The translations under genes were made by a program, and so were the position numbers. Shown here in pieces: positions 38,618-48,385 of a stretch of 64,000 bases of DNA (the first letter of the stretch is position 1; every line of letters starts with the position of its first letter). Below the pieces are notes generated by a model, which did no database searches, was not told the DNA's origin, and saw only the letters and a list, made by a program, of their open reading frames with translations. This DNA is from an uncultured virus (IMG/VR IMGVR_UViG_3300025691_000004) (Duplodnaviria > Heunggongvirae > Uroviricota > Caudoviricetes). The stretch lies in the IMG/VR virus record IMGVR_UViG_3300025691_000004. The stretch is one strand, 5' to 3'.

Positions 38618-39616
38618 ATGTCCCGCACCTTCAAGCAGTTCCTTACGGAAAGCACCATCACCTTCGATACGAAGGACATCTCCTCTACTGGAAAGCAGAA
38701 GGGGCGCGAGGCGCTGCTCAAGGCAGCAGGTCTGTCCGCGCAGGACTACGCGAAGATGAAGTCGTACTTCAAGCCGGCAACAGCAGCGAACTTCGTCTCA
38801 GCGTACAACGCGTTCGTCGACGCCTTCCCGAAGCAGGCAGCAGCCATCAACGCCACGAAGCCAGAAGGCATCGGTCCTGGTGAGATGGTCATGTACTTCG
38901 TATTCAACAACGTCGGCATCGGTGGCAAGAACGCGCCAATTGACATCTACCTGGACGGCAAGGAGTTTGCTGAAACCAAGGGCGGTCGAAAGCGCGGTTC
39001 AAGCGAGCTGAACAACTTCAAGATTACCAAGGACGGCGACAAGGCAGTCACGCAGCTGCTCAAGGACTTGGCCAAGTTCAACGACAAGTACGAAGAGATC
39101 ACCGGTGAGGAGCTGGAAGGGTGGAAGGGCTCAGGCGCCGCCACGACCGACAGCCTACGTGCCTGGAAGGACATCGACCTCAAGGACCTGGCAAAGACCA
39201 CCAAGGGCGGCTCCAAGAAGAACATCGACCTCGTTCTGAAGAAGGACGGCGACCTCCTCCGCAAGGGTGAGGAAGACCCGCTCATGAACGTCAAGACGGA
39301 CAAGAGCGTCGCGCCGATCAAGAAGCTGATCAGCGGTGAGGGCTCGGTCGCCGTCGACGACGCCATCAGCACGATCGACAAGATCATCCAGCGCTGGGTA
39401 GACCAGGCGTTCTCGGACTACATTGAGGGCAAGCGCTTCGCGCTCGTCGAAACTGGCAACCTGAAGCTGCGCTTCTTTGGGAAGCTCACGAAGGACATGC
39501 TCGGACTGGACTACACCAACCGAAACCAGCCGTACGCAGTGGTCAACTTGGCACCATCTACGAAGTCCAAGGGCAAAGCTAAGGCTGAAAAGCCGGCTGA
39601 GGAAGCTGAGGAATGA
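38618..39616 (+). CDS. putative capsid-packaged protein with a possible PD-(D/E)xK fold
   Basis: MSRTFKQFLTE leader; GPGE...PIDIYL...AETKG; late promoter at 38589. Confidence 0.55.
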   Translation: MSRTFKQFLTESTITFDTKDISSTGKQKGREALLKAAGLSAQDYAKMKSYFKPATAANFVSAYNAFVDAFPKQAAAINATKPEGIGPGEMVMYFVFNNVGIGGKNAPIDIYLDGKEFAETKGGRKRGSSELNNFKITKDGDKAVTQLLKDLAKFNDKYEEITGEELEGWKGSGAATTDSLRAWKDIDLKDLAKTTKGGSKKNIDLVLKKDGDLLRKGEEDPLMNVKTDKSVAPIKKLISGEGSVAVDDAISTIDKIIQRWVDQAFSDYIEGKRFALVETGNLKLRFFGKLTKDMLGLDYTNRNQPYAVVNLAPSTKSKGKAKAEKPAEEAEE

Positions 39617-39801
39617 AGCACTCAGAGATCTACGACAAGCACACCGATCGTCGAAAGGGCGGCGGCAAGCCGAAAAAGTTTAAGGAAAACAAGGACTTTG
39701 ACGCCCGTCAACGCCGCGTTTCCTTCAAGAACTACGTTCGGGAGCTTGAGGAAGAGCTGCTGGAGCAGGACCTGAACGACGATCTACCTCCTCAGGAGTA
39801 A
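39613..39801 (+). CDS. small charged hypothetical protein
   Basis: Basic N-half, acidic C-half; coupled ORF. Confidence 0.6.
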   Translation: MKHSEIYDKHTDRRKGGGKPKKFKENKDFDARQRRVSFKNYVRELEEELLEQDLNDDLPPQE

Positions 39802-39851
39802 GTCGCCTCAAACCCCGGTCCCGTAAATAGGGACATCACAAGGGTGCCAGC

Positions 39852-40346
39852 ATGCTCGTAGTACCACTCAAGGGCGACAAGATCGAAACGAAGGACGGCG
39901 TGGAGTTCACCGTGCTCTCCTTCTCCAACTACAAGGACAAGGGACCGGCGGTTTACGTCGAGCACACTCCCTCAGTCCCGTCTGACGCCGTCTACTTCTT
40001 CGACATCCACAAGATCAACGGCAAGGTCGTTGAGTTCGTGCCTGGTCAGAAGGTCTTCCGCGCCACTGGTGAGCTGAAGCGCCGCTACCAGCTGCCGCAG
40101 GTGAACGACACCGTCACCTTCCGCGGCAAGGAAGGCAGCACCGACTTGGTAGTCACCGGCCTGAAGCTGCACAAGAAGAACGAGCTTGCCAAGGGCCTGT
40201 TCGTCGTCGGTACCGAGAAGGACAGCGACGAGAAGGTCTACGTTCGCCTCGACCAGATCACCGACATCAAGCGCGACATCGGCAACGACATGTTCAAGCG
40301 CGACAGCTTCCTGTCGTACTACTCTGACTACAGGGGCTCTCGGTGA
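39852..40346 (+). CDS. hypothetical late protein
   Basis: TAAATA at 39824. Confidence 0.65.
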   Translation: MLVVPLKGDKIETKDGVEFTVLSFSNYKDKGPAVYVEHTPSVPSDAVYFFDIHKINGKVVEFVPGQKVFRATGELKRRYQLPQVNDTVTFRGKEGSTDLVVTGLKLHKKNELAKGLFVVGTEKDSDEKVYVRLDQITDIKRDIGNDMFKRDSFLSYYSDYRGSR

Positions 40347-40552
40347 CCAAGCTGCTCAACCAAGTGGCGGCTGGTAAGACCAAGACCGCATTTCAAACCT
40401 ATACCATCCAGCACGGCATCGAGCGCATTCCGGTGCAGGTGCCTCTCGCTGAAGCTGCAGCGTTCGAGCAGAAGTTTGCTGCGCTTGCAGACAAGTCGAA
40501 GGCCAACCTGCTGGAGCTGCTTCAATCGGTAGGCGGAAAGGTGAGGACCTAA
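40343..40552 (+). CDS. hypothetical protein
   Basis: Coupled ORF. Confidence 0.55.
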   Translation: MTKLLNQVAAGKTKTAFQTYTIQHGIERIPVQVPLAEAAAFEQKFAALADKSKANLLELLQSVGGKVRT

Positions 40553-40553
40553 C

Positions 40554-41603
40554 GTGGCCGACAAGCAGTTGTTTACCAACAACGCGATCTCCCTGCTCGC
40601 GTCAAGCATCTCTGCCTCAGCCACCTCGCTGCAGGTGATGGCAGGCTACGGCAACCTCTTCCCGAGCCCTGGCCCTGGTGAGTACTTCCTCATCACGCTT
40701 GAAGATGAGAGCGCCACCGTTCGCGAAATCGTTCGCGTCAACAGCCGAGTTGGTGATGTTCTCGGCGGCCTCGTTCGCGCCCAGGAAGGAACGATCGCAC
40801 GGGCCTGGACATCAGGTCCTGGTGTTGACACGCTTGTTGATCACCGCGTCACCGCTGAGACGATGCGCCTGGCGATGGAGCTCCCTGAGCTCTCGCTGAA
40901 CGGTCTCACAGATGTCAACACGACAGGCGCAGTAGCTGGTCAGGTCCTCAAATTCAATGGCACCGACTGGGTGCCAGGCACCGACAACTCAGGCAGCGGT
41001 GGTGCAACCGCCCTTGACCAGCTTACCGACGTTGACACCTCGACCACGCCTCCGGCAGTTGGTCAGACCCTGAAGTGGAACGGCACGAACTGGGTTCCTG
41101 GCAACGACAACGACACGATCTTCACGCCAGGTTCCATCAACGCGTTCACTGACGTTGATACCGCCACGGTTCCACCCACCGTCGGCCAGTCGCTGGTCTG
41201 GAACGGCACCAACTGGGTACCGCAGACCATCAGCGGCGGCAGCGGAACTGCATGGATCTACGGTGAGAACACCGGCCCCACCCTCATCGATCCGGGCTGG
41301 ACAGTTCCCATCAGCATCGCCACCTACTCAGCCGACAACCGCACCTTCAAGTTCCTGGTCACCGTCACCATGGCATCGAACGGCAACTCAGAAAGCTTTG
41401 AGGTGCTGGCGAACGTTGAAGGCAACATCGTGGCCAACACCGAAACTGTCACGTGGGTTCGGTATGGCCGCATCGGCCACAAGTTCTCGGGTCAGTTTTC
41501 CATCATGCTTGTTCCCACAATGAACATGCTAGAAGCGGTGTGGCAGAACACCGAAGCGCAGCAGGTGCGCGTAATGTGCACCAGAATTCAACACGCGGCA
41601 TAA
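40554..41603 (+). CDS. virion structural/fibre protein
   Basis: RAQEGT N-domain; three LTDVDT...GQxLxWNGTNWVP repeats. Confidence 0.75.
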   Translation: MADKQLFTNNAISLLASSISASATSLQVMAGYGNLFPSPGPGEYFLITLEDESATVREIVRVNSRVGDVLGGLVRAQEGTIARAWTSGPGVDTLVDHRVTAETMRLAMELPELSLNGLTDVNTTGAVAGQVLKFNGTDWVPGTDNSGSGGATALDQLTDVDTSTTPPAVGQTLKWNGTNWVPGNDNDTIFTPGSINAFTDVDTATVPPTVGQSLVWNGTNWVPQTISGGSGTAWIYGENTGPTLIDPGWTVPISIATYSADNRTFKFLVTVTMASNGNSESFEVLANVEGNIVANTETVTWVRYGRIGHKFSGQFSIMLVPTMNMLEAVWQNTEAQQVRVMCTRIQHAA

Positions 41604-41652
41604 ATACGCCGTCACAGACCAACAACGGTTACCCCTCTAGGAGACACCAAAC

Positions 41653-43056
41653 ATGTCATTCGACTTCTTCCGCATTGAGCGTGGCCTGGACCTCGACGAC
41701 GGTTCAGTCCAGTATCTGCAAGGCCTTGGTGCTCCTGGCGCCGCTGGCGATACCGCAGCAGCTCCTGTCGGCTCGGTCTACACCGACAACAGCGACGGCT
41801 CGCTCTACACCAAGATCCTCTCCGGCACTGGCACTGACAAGTGGCAGAAGATGGCCTCGGAGCAGTACGTCAACAACGCCGTTGGCGCAACGATCAGCTG
41901 GCGCGAGCCTGCAGTCGTTCGTGACAACGTCGCTACGACGCTGCCGACCGGCACCGCCACCCAACCGATCGTCATCGACGGTGTTTCCATCACCCAAGGC
42001 CAGCGCGTCCTCTTCAGCGCCCTGACTGGCGGCGGTGGCAAGAACATCTACGTCTACGACCAAGGCACCGGCACCTTCACGGAAGACGCGAACCAGGAAA
42101 CCAGCGGCGACGCCGTCTTCATCCAGTCGGGTACCTCCGCTGGTAAGACGTACGTCTTCAACGGCGCCAACTGGGTCCAGTCTGACCAGGCATCGCTCGA
42201 CGAAGAAGGCTACATCCGCGCCTACATCGGCAAGCCGACCGCCGGCAGCGTTTCGCCGACCTACACGTCGACCAACTTCGTTGTTCAGTCGTCTGACCTG
42301 ACGGCCGCCGTCTCGGCTCTCGACGCTGAGTTCGGTCCGAACGTCTCGCTCGGCAACTTCATCGACCCGGCCTTCAAGGTCAACGCCAACATCCAGGCCC
42401 TCGACACCGAGATCGGCCCGAACGTCACCAACGGCGGCTGGATCCTGGCTGCCAACAGCGTCAACCAGAACCTCCAGGTTCTTGACACGCACCTCGGCGT
42501 TCCGTTCCTCGCTGGCAACTTCATCAGCGCTGGTCAGACGGTCTCTGCAGCTGTCACCGCTCTTGACGTTGAGATCGGCCCGAACGTTGTCAACGGCAAC
42601 TTCATCCTTGCCGCCAACAAGGTCAACCAGAACATCCAAGCTCTGGACAACGAGATTGGTGCCAACGTCACGACGGCTGGCTACATCTCCTCTGGCAACA
42701 CCGTCAACCAGAACATCCAGGCCCTCAACACCGCGCTGACCAACAACAGCACGGAAGTCACCGTCACCAACGTCACGTCGATCCAGACCATCGACACCGT
42801 CGCTGGTGCCAAGGCTGCCAAGTGGCTGGTTCGCGTTGAGCTGGTTGCTGACCCAACCCGCGTGTACGCCACCGAGGTCTACGCTGTTACCGACGGCACG
42901 ACCAGCGACTACACCCGCTACGCCACCCTCAAGCTCGGCACCTCGATCCCGGGTCTGGCTGTGACGGTCGACATGAACGGTGCAGACCTGCGCCTCCGTG
43001 CTGCAGCTACCGGCGCCGTCAACGTCACCGCTCACCGCGTTGGCGTGATCCTCTAA
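41653..43056 (+). CDS. virion fibre protein with NQNIQALDxEIG repeats
   Basis: Late promoter at 41601; AGGAG RBS; segmented coiled-coil repeats. Confidence 0.75.
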   Translation: MSFDFFRIERGLDLDDGSVQYLQGLGAPGAAGDTAAAPVGSVYTDNSDGSLYTKILSGTGTDKWQKMASEQYVNNAVGATISWREPAVVRDNVATTLPTGTATQPIVIDGVSITQGQRVLFSALTGGGGKNIYVYDQGTGTFTEDANQETSGDAVFIQSGTSAGKTYVFNGANWVQSDQASLDEEGYIRAYIGKPTAGSVSPTYTSTNFVVQSSDLTAAVSALDAEFGPNVSLGNFIDPAFKVNANIQALDTEIGPNVTNGGWILAANSVNQNLQVLDTHLGVPFLAGNFISAGQTVSAAVTALDVEIGPNVVNGNFILAANKVNQNIQALDNEIGANVTTAGYISSGNTVNQNIQALNTALTNNSTEVTVTNVTSIQTIDTVAGAKAAKWLVRVELVADPTRVYATEVYAVTDGTTSDYTRYATLKLGTSIPGLAVTVDMNGADLRLRAAATGAVNVTAHRVGVIL

Positions 43057-43080
43057 ATCACCTTAGGCGGTTTTCCAAAG

Positions 43081-43116
43081 GCAAAGGACCCGTAAGGGTC
43101 CTTTGCTGCATAAATA
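43081..43116 (+). terminator. hairpin followed immediately by a late promoter
   Basis: GCAAAGGACCC-GTAA-GGGTCCTTTGC, then TAAATA at 43111-43116. Confidence 0.65.
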
Positions 43117-43142
43117 TGCAGTGACTTACACGAGGCTTTCAC

Positions 43143-46100
43143 GTGGCTGATCTCTCACTTGCGTTCGATGCTGAAAACGGCATCGTCATCGATGACGCCG
43201 TTGCAATCATCTACGGCAGCAACAACCCTGCCATCTCAGGTGAGCCTGCGCCCGTCGGTTCCCTGTACATGCGCGTCGGTGTTGGTGAGCTCTACCAGAA
43301 GGTAGGACCTAGCGACACGCAGTGGAACATCTTCACGCAGGGCTTCGACCAGCTGCTGCGCATCTCGGCAACCGACACCACGTCGGACTACCTGAACAAC
43401 AAGCTGCTCGTCTCATCGAACTTCACGAAGACCATCAGCAACCCAGCTGGTAATGAAACACTGACGATTGAGCTGAGCTCCACAGGAGTGGGTCCAGGCA
43501 CCTACCGCTCGGTGACTGTCGATGGCTTTGGCCGTGTGACGGCTGGTACCAACCCAACCACCCTCGCTGGCTACGGCATCACCGACGCGCAGCCGCTCGA
43601 TGCGACGCTCACGTCTCTCGCTGCCTACAACACGAACGGCCTGTTGACGCAGACGGCTGCTGACACCTTCGTTGGTCGTACCATTGCCGGCACGACCAAC
43701 CAGATCACGGTGACCAACGGCAACGGCGTTGCTGGTAACCCAACGCTGTCGTTTCCATCGACAACGCTTACGTTTCCTGGCACTGCTGGTGTTATTCTTC
43801 CGCGTGGCACAACTGCGCAGCGCGTAGCAACTACTGCGTACACCCGCTTCAACAACGACACGGCTGCCCTGGAATACTACAACGGTACCGTTTGGGTCTC
43901 GCTTGTTGCTTCTACTGGCGGCACGGTCACGAGCGTCGCCACATCACAACCAGCTCAGGGTTTGACCGTCACGGGCGGCCCTATTACCACGTCTGGCACG
44001 CTCACCTTTGCGCTTGCCAATGACCTCGCTGCAGTTGAGGGTCTTGCAACGACTGGCCTCGCGGTACGTACCGCCACCGACACATGGACCACTCGATCGG
44101 TGGCTGGTACGACGAACCGCACCACGGTCACCAACGGAGATGGCGTCGCAGGCAACCCAACTGTGGACATCGCCGCCACCTACGCTGGCCAAACGTCGAT
44201 CACCACGCTTGGCACGATCACCACTGGCGCCTGGCAAGGTACGACCATCGGAACTGCCTTCGGCGGTACTGGTCGTACGACCATCGGCAACGCCAATGAG
44301 GTGCTTGCCGTCAACACGACTGCGACCGGTCTTGAGTATAAGTCAGTCACTGCTGGAACGGGCATCGGCCTGTCCATCACCGCTGGCAACATCAACATCA
44401 CCAACACTGGTGTAACGTCCATCACCGGTACTGCCAACCAGGTGATCGCATCTGGTTCAACTGGCGCTGTCACGCTCTCCCTGCCGCAGAGCATTAACAC
44501 CGGCGCTACTCCAACGTTCGCGCAGATCAACGTTGCTGCTGACCCAACGTCGGCGCTGCAGGTAGCAACCAAGCAGTACGTTGACGCGGTCATTCAGGGC
44601 ATTGACCACAAGCAGTCGGTGAAGGCCGCCTCGACTGGCAACCTCACCCTCTCAGGCACGCAGACCGTCGACGGCATTGCACTTGTCGCAGGTGACCGCG
44701 TTCTGGTCAAGGACCAGGCGACCACCTCGCAGAACGGTATCTACGTTGTCGCTGCTGGTGCTTGGACGCGCGCCCTCGACATGGACAGCTGGAGCGAGGT
44801 GCCAGGTGCCTACACGTTCGTTGAGCAGGGCACGACCAATGCCGACCTCGCCTACCTCTGCACGTCCGACCAGGGCGGTACGCTCGATACGACCGCCATC
44901 ACCTGGGTGCTCTACTCGTCGGCAACCTCGATTGCTGCAGGTACGGGTCTGACGCGCACCGGCAACACCATCTTCATCAGCAACACGGGTGTCACCGCTG
45001 GTTCGGGCTACAACAACTTCACCGTCAACGCACAGGGGCAGATCACCTCCGCCTCCACCGTTGGCTACATCACCGGCAACCAGACGATCACGCTCTCAGG
45101 CGACGTCACTGGTTCTGGCACCACCGCCATCACGACCACGCTGTCCAACACGGGTGTCGCTGCTGGTACGTACCGCTCGGTTACGGTGGATGCCAAGGGC
45201 CGCGTGACGGCCGGTACCAACCCAACCACGCTCGCTGGCTACGGCATCACCGATGCTCAGCCGCTGGATGCCGACCTCACTGCAATCGCTGCCTCGACTG
45301 GCACGGGCATCCACGTGCGCACCGCTACTGATACGTGGGCCTTCCGTGCAATCGTAGCTGGTTCAAGCAAGATCAGCCTGTCCTCTGGCAACGGTGTTGC
45401 AGGCAACCCGACGATCGACGTTGTTGAAGCCAACCTCACGCACAACAACATCGGCGGCACCCTCGGCATCTCGAAGGGCGGCACCAACCTCACCACTCTC
45501 GGCACTGCCAACCAGGTGCTGGGTGTCAACGCCGCTGGCACGTCGCTTGAGTACAAGACGGTGACTGCAGGTACCGGCGTCAGCATCACCAACGGCGCTG
45601 GCTCCATCACCATCAACAGCACCGCGGTAACCTCGGTCGCCGTGACTGGTTCTACTGGCCTGACGGTAGGTGGTTCACCCATCACGTCAAGCGGCACCAT
45701 CACCCTCACGCTGGGCACCGAACTTCAGGGCCTCAGCGGTCTTGCTGCGAACGGCGTCGTTGTTCGCACTGGTGCTGGCACGTACGCATCCCGCTCGGTG
45801 GTGTCTGGCAACGGCACCATCACGATCACCAACCCGCTCGGCACCGCTGGCAACATCGGCCTAGACCTCACCACCACCGGCACGGCAGGTACGTACCGCT
45901 CGGTGACCACCGACGTCTACGGTCGCGTGACGGCTGGTACCAACCCAACCACCCTCGCTGGCTACGGTATCACCGACGCCGTCAACACCTCGCAGCTCGG
46001 TGTGGCGAACGGTGTGGCAACGCTGGACGCAGGCGGCCTAATCCCAACTTCACAGCTGCCTCCGCTCGCCATCAGCGATGTCTTCACGGTTGCCAACCAG

Positions 46101-47651
46101 ACGGCCATGCTGGCGCTTACGGCCCAGCGCGGTGACTTCGCCGTTCGCACCGACGTCAACCATACGTTCGTGCTGGCTGCTGAACCAGCTTCCACGCTGG
46201 CCAACTGGGTGCAGCTCGCTGACGGCCCATCGGGCACCGTCACGTCAGTTGCTGCCACGGCTCCTGCTGCCGGTTTTACCATTGGTGGTTCGCCGATCAC
46301 GTCAAGTGGTACGCTCACCTTCACGCTCGCAGATGACCTCGCTGCGGTCGAAGGCCTCGCCACGACTGGCATCGCGGTTCGCACGGGTACCAGCACCTGG
46401 GCAACTCGCACGCTGGTCGCCGGCTCGGGCATCTCGCTGACGAACGCCAGCGGCGTTGGCGGTGACATCACCATCAACAGCACTGCCGTCACGTCGGTTG
46501 GCCTGTCGCTGCCGTCCATCTTCACGGTGACCGGCTCTCCAGTGACGTCCTCTGGCACGCTCGCTGCAACGCTCAACACGCAGGCAGCCAACACCTTCTT
46601 TGTTGGTCCAGCAAGTGGTGGTGCCGCCGCACCAACCTTCCGCACTGTCTCGATCGACGAGATGTCGGATGTCGTCATCACCTCGCCTACTGCCTTCCAG
46701 GTTCTTGGCTACAACGGCACCAACTGGGTCAACACAGGTGCCGTCGGCTCCAATGCTGCTGGTCTGGTGGGTGTGGGTCAGGCTGGTGCTGCTGCCTGGA
46801 CGCTCATCAGCGGCAACTCGTACCGTGCTGACTTCGCCCACAACCTTGGCACAACGAACGTCGTCATCACCGTCTTTGACAGCACCACCCTGGCAGTGGT
46901 CATCCCTGACCTCGTCACCTGCACGAACGCCAACACCGTTCGCATCCAGGTTACGGGCAACACACGCACCCTCAAGGTCGTGGTCGTTGCCAACGGCCAG
47001 TCGATCGTTGCTGGTGGCTCAACCCCATCGAGCATCATCGCAGCCAAGGACGGCGTCACGGTCGGTACCACGACCACGAAGCTAAACTTCGTTGGCTCGC
47101 TAGTCAGCGTTGCAGATGCTGGATCGAATACGACCAACGTCACCGTCGGTCAGCGCTTCACCTTCTTTGCCAACTCGCTCGACAACCCAATCAACGCTGA
47201 TTGGGCCGTCAATGCGCTTGCACCGGTCATCACTGACCCGACGTACAACTCCATCTCGCAGCGCCAGTTCAGCAACACTACCGAACAGGGCGTCGGCTTC
47301 ATGGTGTCCATCCCGGCTGGTGCAACTCAGGCAACGTTCAAGCTCCGTGGACGCGCTGCTACGGCCGTTGCTGGTACCAACGTGGTGCAGTTCCGCGTGC
47401 GCACTCGCAGCATCGCCAACGGCGCCGCCCCATCCGTCTGGTCAGGCACCACCGAGCTGAACAACATCAGCATCACCAACACGACCAACTTCCAGTACTT
47501 CACGCAGACGGTCGCACTGGCTTCATTTGCCACCGCCCTCAGCGCGGACAACATGTACCTCTTTGAGCTGACCCGCCGCGTGACTGGCCTGACTGGTACC
47601 AACCTTGCTGCCAACTTCCTTCTGACTGAAGTAACCGTGGAGTTCAGCTGA
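43143..47651 (+). CDS. very long (1502 aa) tail/head fibre protein
   Basis: Thr/Gly-rich; three GTYRSVTxDxxGRVTAGTNPTTLAGYGITDA repeats; GDRVLVKDQ module. Confidence 0.85.
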   Translation: MADLSLAFDAENGIVIDDAVAIIYGSNNPAISGEPAPVGSLYMRVGVGELYQKVGPSDTQWNIFTQGFDQLLRISATDTTSDYLNNKLLVSSNFTKTISNPAGNETLTIELSSTGVGPGTYRSVTVDGFGRVTAGTNPTTLAGYGITDAQPLDATLTSLAAYNTNGLLTQTAADTFVGRTIAGTTNQITVTNGNGVAGNPTLSFPSTTLTFPGTAGVILPRGTTAQRVATTAYTRFNNDTAALEYYNGTVWVSLVASTGGTVTSVATSQPAQGLTVTGGPITTSGTLTFALANDLAAVEGLATTGLAVRTATDTWTTRSVAGTTNRTTVTNGDGVAGNPTVDIAATYAGQTSITTLGTITTGAWQGTTIGTAFGGTGRTTIGNANEVLAVNTTATGLEYKSVTAGTGIGLSITAGNINITNTGVTSITGTANQVIASGSTGAVTLSLPQSINTGATPTFAQINVAADPTSALQVATKQYVDAVIQGIDHKQSVKAASTGNLTLSGTQTVDGIALVAGDRVLVKDQATTSQNGIYVVAAGAWTRALDMDSWSEVPGAYTFVEQGTTNADLAYLCTSDQGGTLDTTAITWVLYSSATSIAAGTGLTRTGNTIFISNTGVTAGSGYNNFTVNAQGQITSASTVGYITGNQTITLSGDVTGSGTTAITTTLSNTGVAAGTYRSVTVDAKGRVTAGTNPTTLAGYGITDAQPLDADLTAIAASTGTGIHVRTATDTWAFRAIVAGSSKISLSSGNGVAGNPTIDVVEANLTHNNIGGTLGISKGGTNLTTLGTANQVLGVNAAGTSLEYKTVTAGTGVSITNGAGSITINSTAVTSVAVTGSTGLTVGGSPITSSGTITLTLGTELQGLSGLAANGVVVRTGAGTYASRSVVSGNGTITITNPLGTAGNIGLDLTTTGTAGTYRSVTTDVYGRVTAGTNPTTLAGYGITDAVNTSQLGVANGVATLDAGGLIPTSQLPPLAISDVFTVANQTAMLALTAQRGDFAVRTDVNHTFVLAAEPASTLANWVQLADGPSGTVTSVAATAPAAGFTIGGSPITSSGTLTFTLADDLAAVEGLATTGIAVRTGTSTWATRTLVAGSGISLTNASGVGGDITINSTAVTSVGLSLPSIFTVTGSPVTSSGTLAATLNTQAANTFFVGPASGGAAAPTFRTVSIDEMSDVVITSPTAFQVLGYNGTNWVNTGAVGSNAAGLVGVGQAGAAAWTLISGNSYRADFAHNLGTTNVVITVFDSTTLAVVIPDLVTCTNANTVRIQVTGNTRTLKVVVVANGQSIVAGGSTPSSIIAAKDGVTVGTTTTKLNFVGSLVSVADAGSNTTNVTVGQRFTFFANSLDNPINADWAVNALAPVITDPTYNSISQRQFSNTTEQGVGFMVSIPAGATQATFKLRGRAATAVAGTNVVQFRVRTRSIANGAAPSVWSGTTELNNISITNTTNFQYFTQTVALASFATALSADNMYLFELTRRVTGLTGTNLAANFLLTEVTVEFS

Positions 47652-48385
47652 TGGCTGTGACCCTCACCGTTGCGAACTCGCACCTGTACGGGTCTGGTGG
47701 TACGCTGCCAAATACCGCAAGTCCGTTCAGCATCAACGTGTGGATCAATGCCACATGGAACGGTGGCGCACGGCTGTCCTTTGTCGGTCTCTACAACGGG
47801 ACACCTGCAACTGGAACACCGACCAATGGCTCTGGCCTGCAGATCGGCACAACAGGCGGCGGAGATGTGCTGTGCTGGACATACGGCGGCACCACGATGG
47901 TAACATCAGCAGCTGGTATTCTGACAGCGTCAAACGGTCAGTGGGTCATGATCACCTACACCTGGGACGGCACCAACCACCGCCTGTACGTGAATGGCGT
48001 GCAGACGGCAACCAGCACCACGGTCCCTGCATCTACCCAGCAGATGACGCAGGTCTACATCAACGGCTATCCACCGACTGGTAACACGAATGAGTGCGCT
48101 GCCTTCTCCGTGGACAGCTACGCTAACTGGTCGCGCGCCCTCTCGGCAAATGAGGTGCTGACGTTGTACAACAACCAGGGCGCCCGGGGCGGAGCAACGT
48201 TCGGTCTCGCGGCTCGCTACGAGTTCGATGATGGGTCGACCGGTGCCACCGTTACCGCCGTGGCAGATGTTTCAGCCGGTGGTAACCCGATCGCACACAC
48301 TGGCACCGTCAACACTGCCACGTATACATACTCTGTAGGCACCGTCAACAACGTTGCCAACTCGAACACCAGGCCCGTCCTATGA
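47651..48385 (+). CDS. LamG/concanavalin-A-like lectin domain protein
   Basis: FSINVWI, QWVMITYTWDG...LYVNG, WSRALSANEV. Confidence 0.8.
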   Translation: MAVTLTVANSHLYGSGGTLPNTASPFSINVWINATWNGGARLSFVGLYNGTPATGTPTNGSGLQIGTTGGGDVLCWTYGGTTMVTSAAGILTASNGQWVMITYTWDGTNHRLYVNGVQTATSTTVPASTQQMTQVYINGYPPTGNTNECAAFSVDSYANWSRALSANEVLTLYNNQGARGGATFGLAARYEFDDGSTGATVTAVADVSAGGNPIAHTGTVNTATYTYSVGTVNNVANSNTRPVL

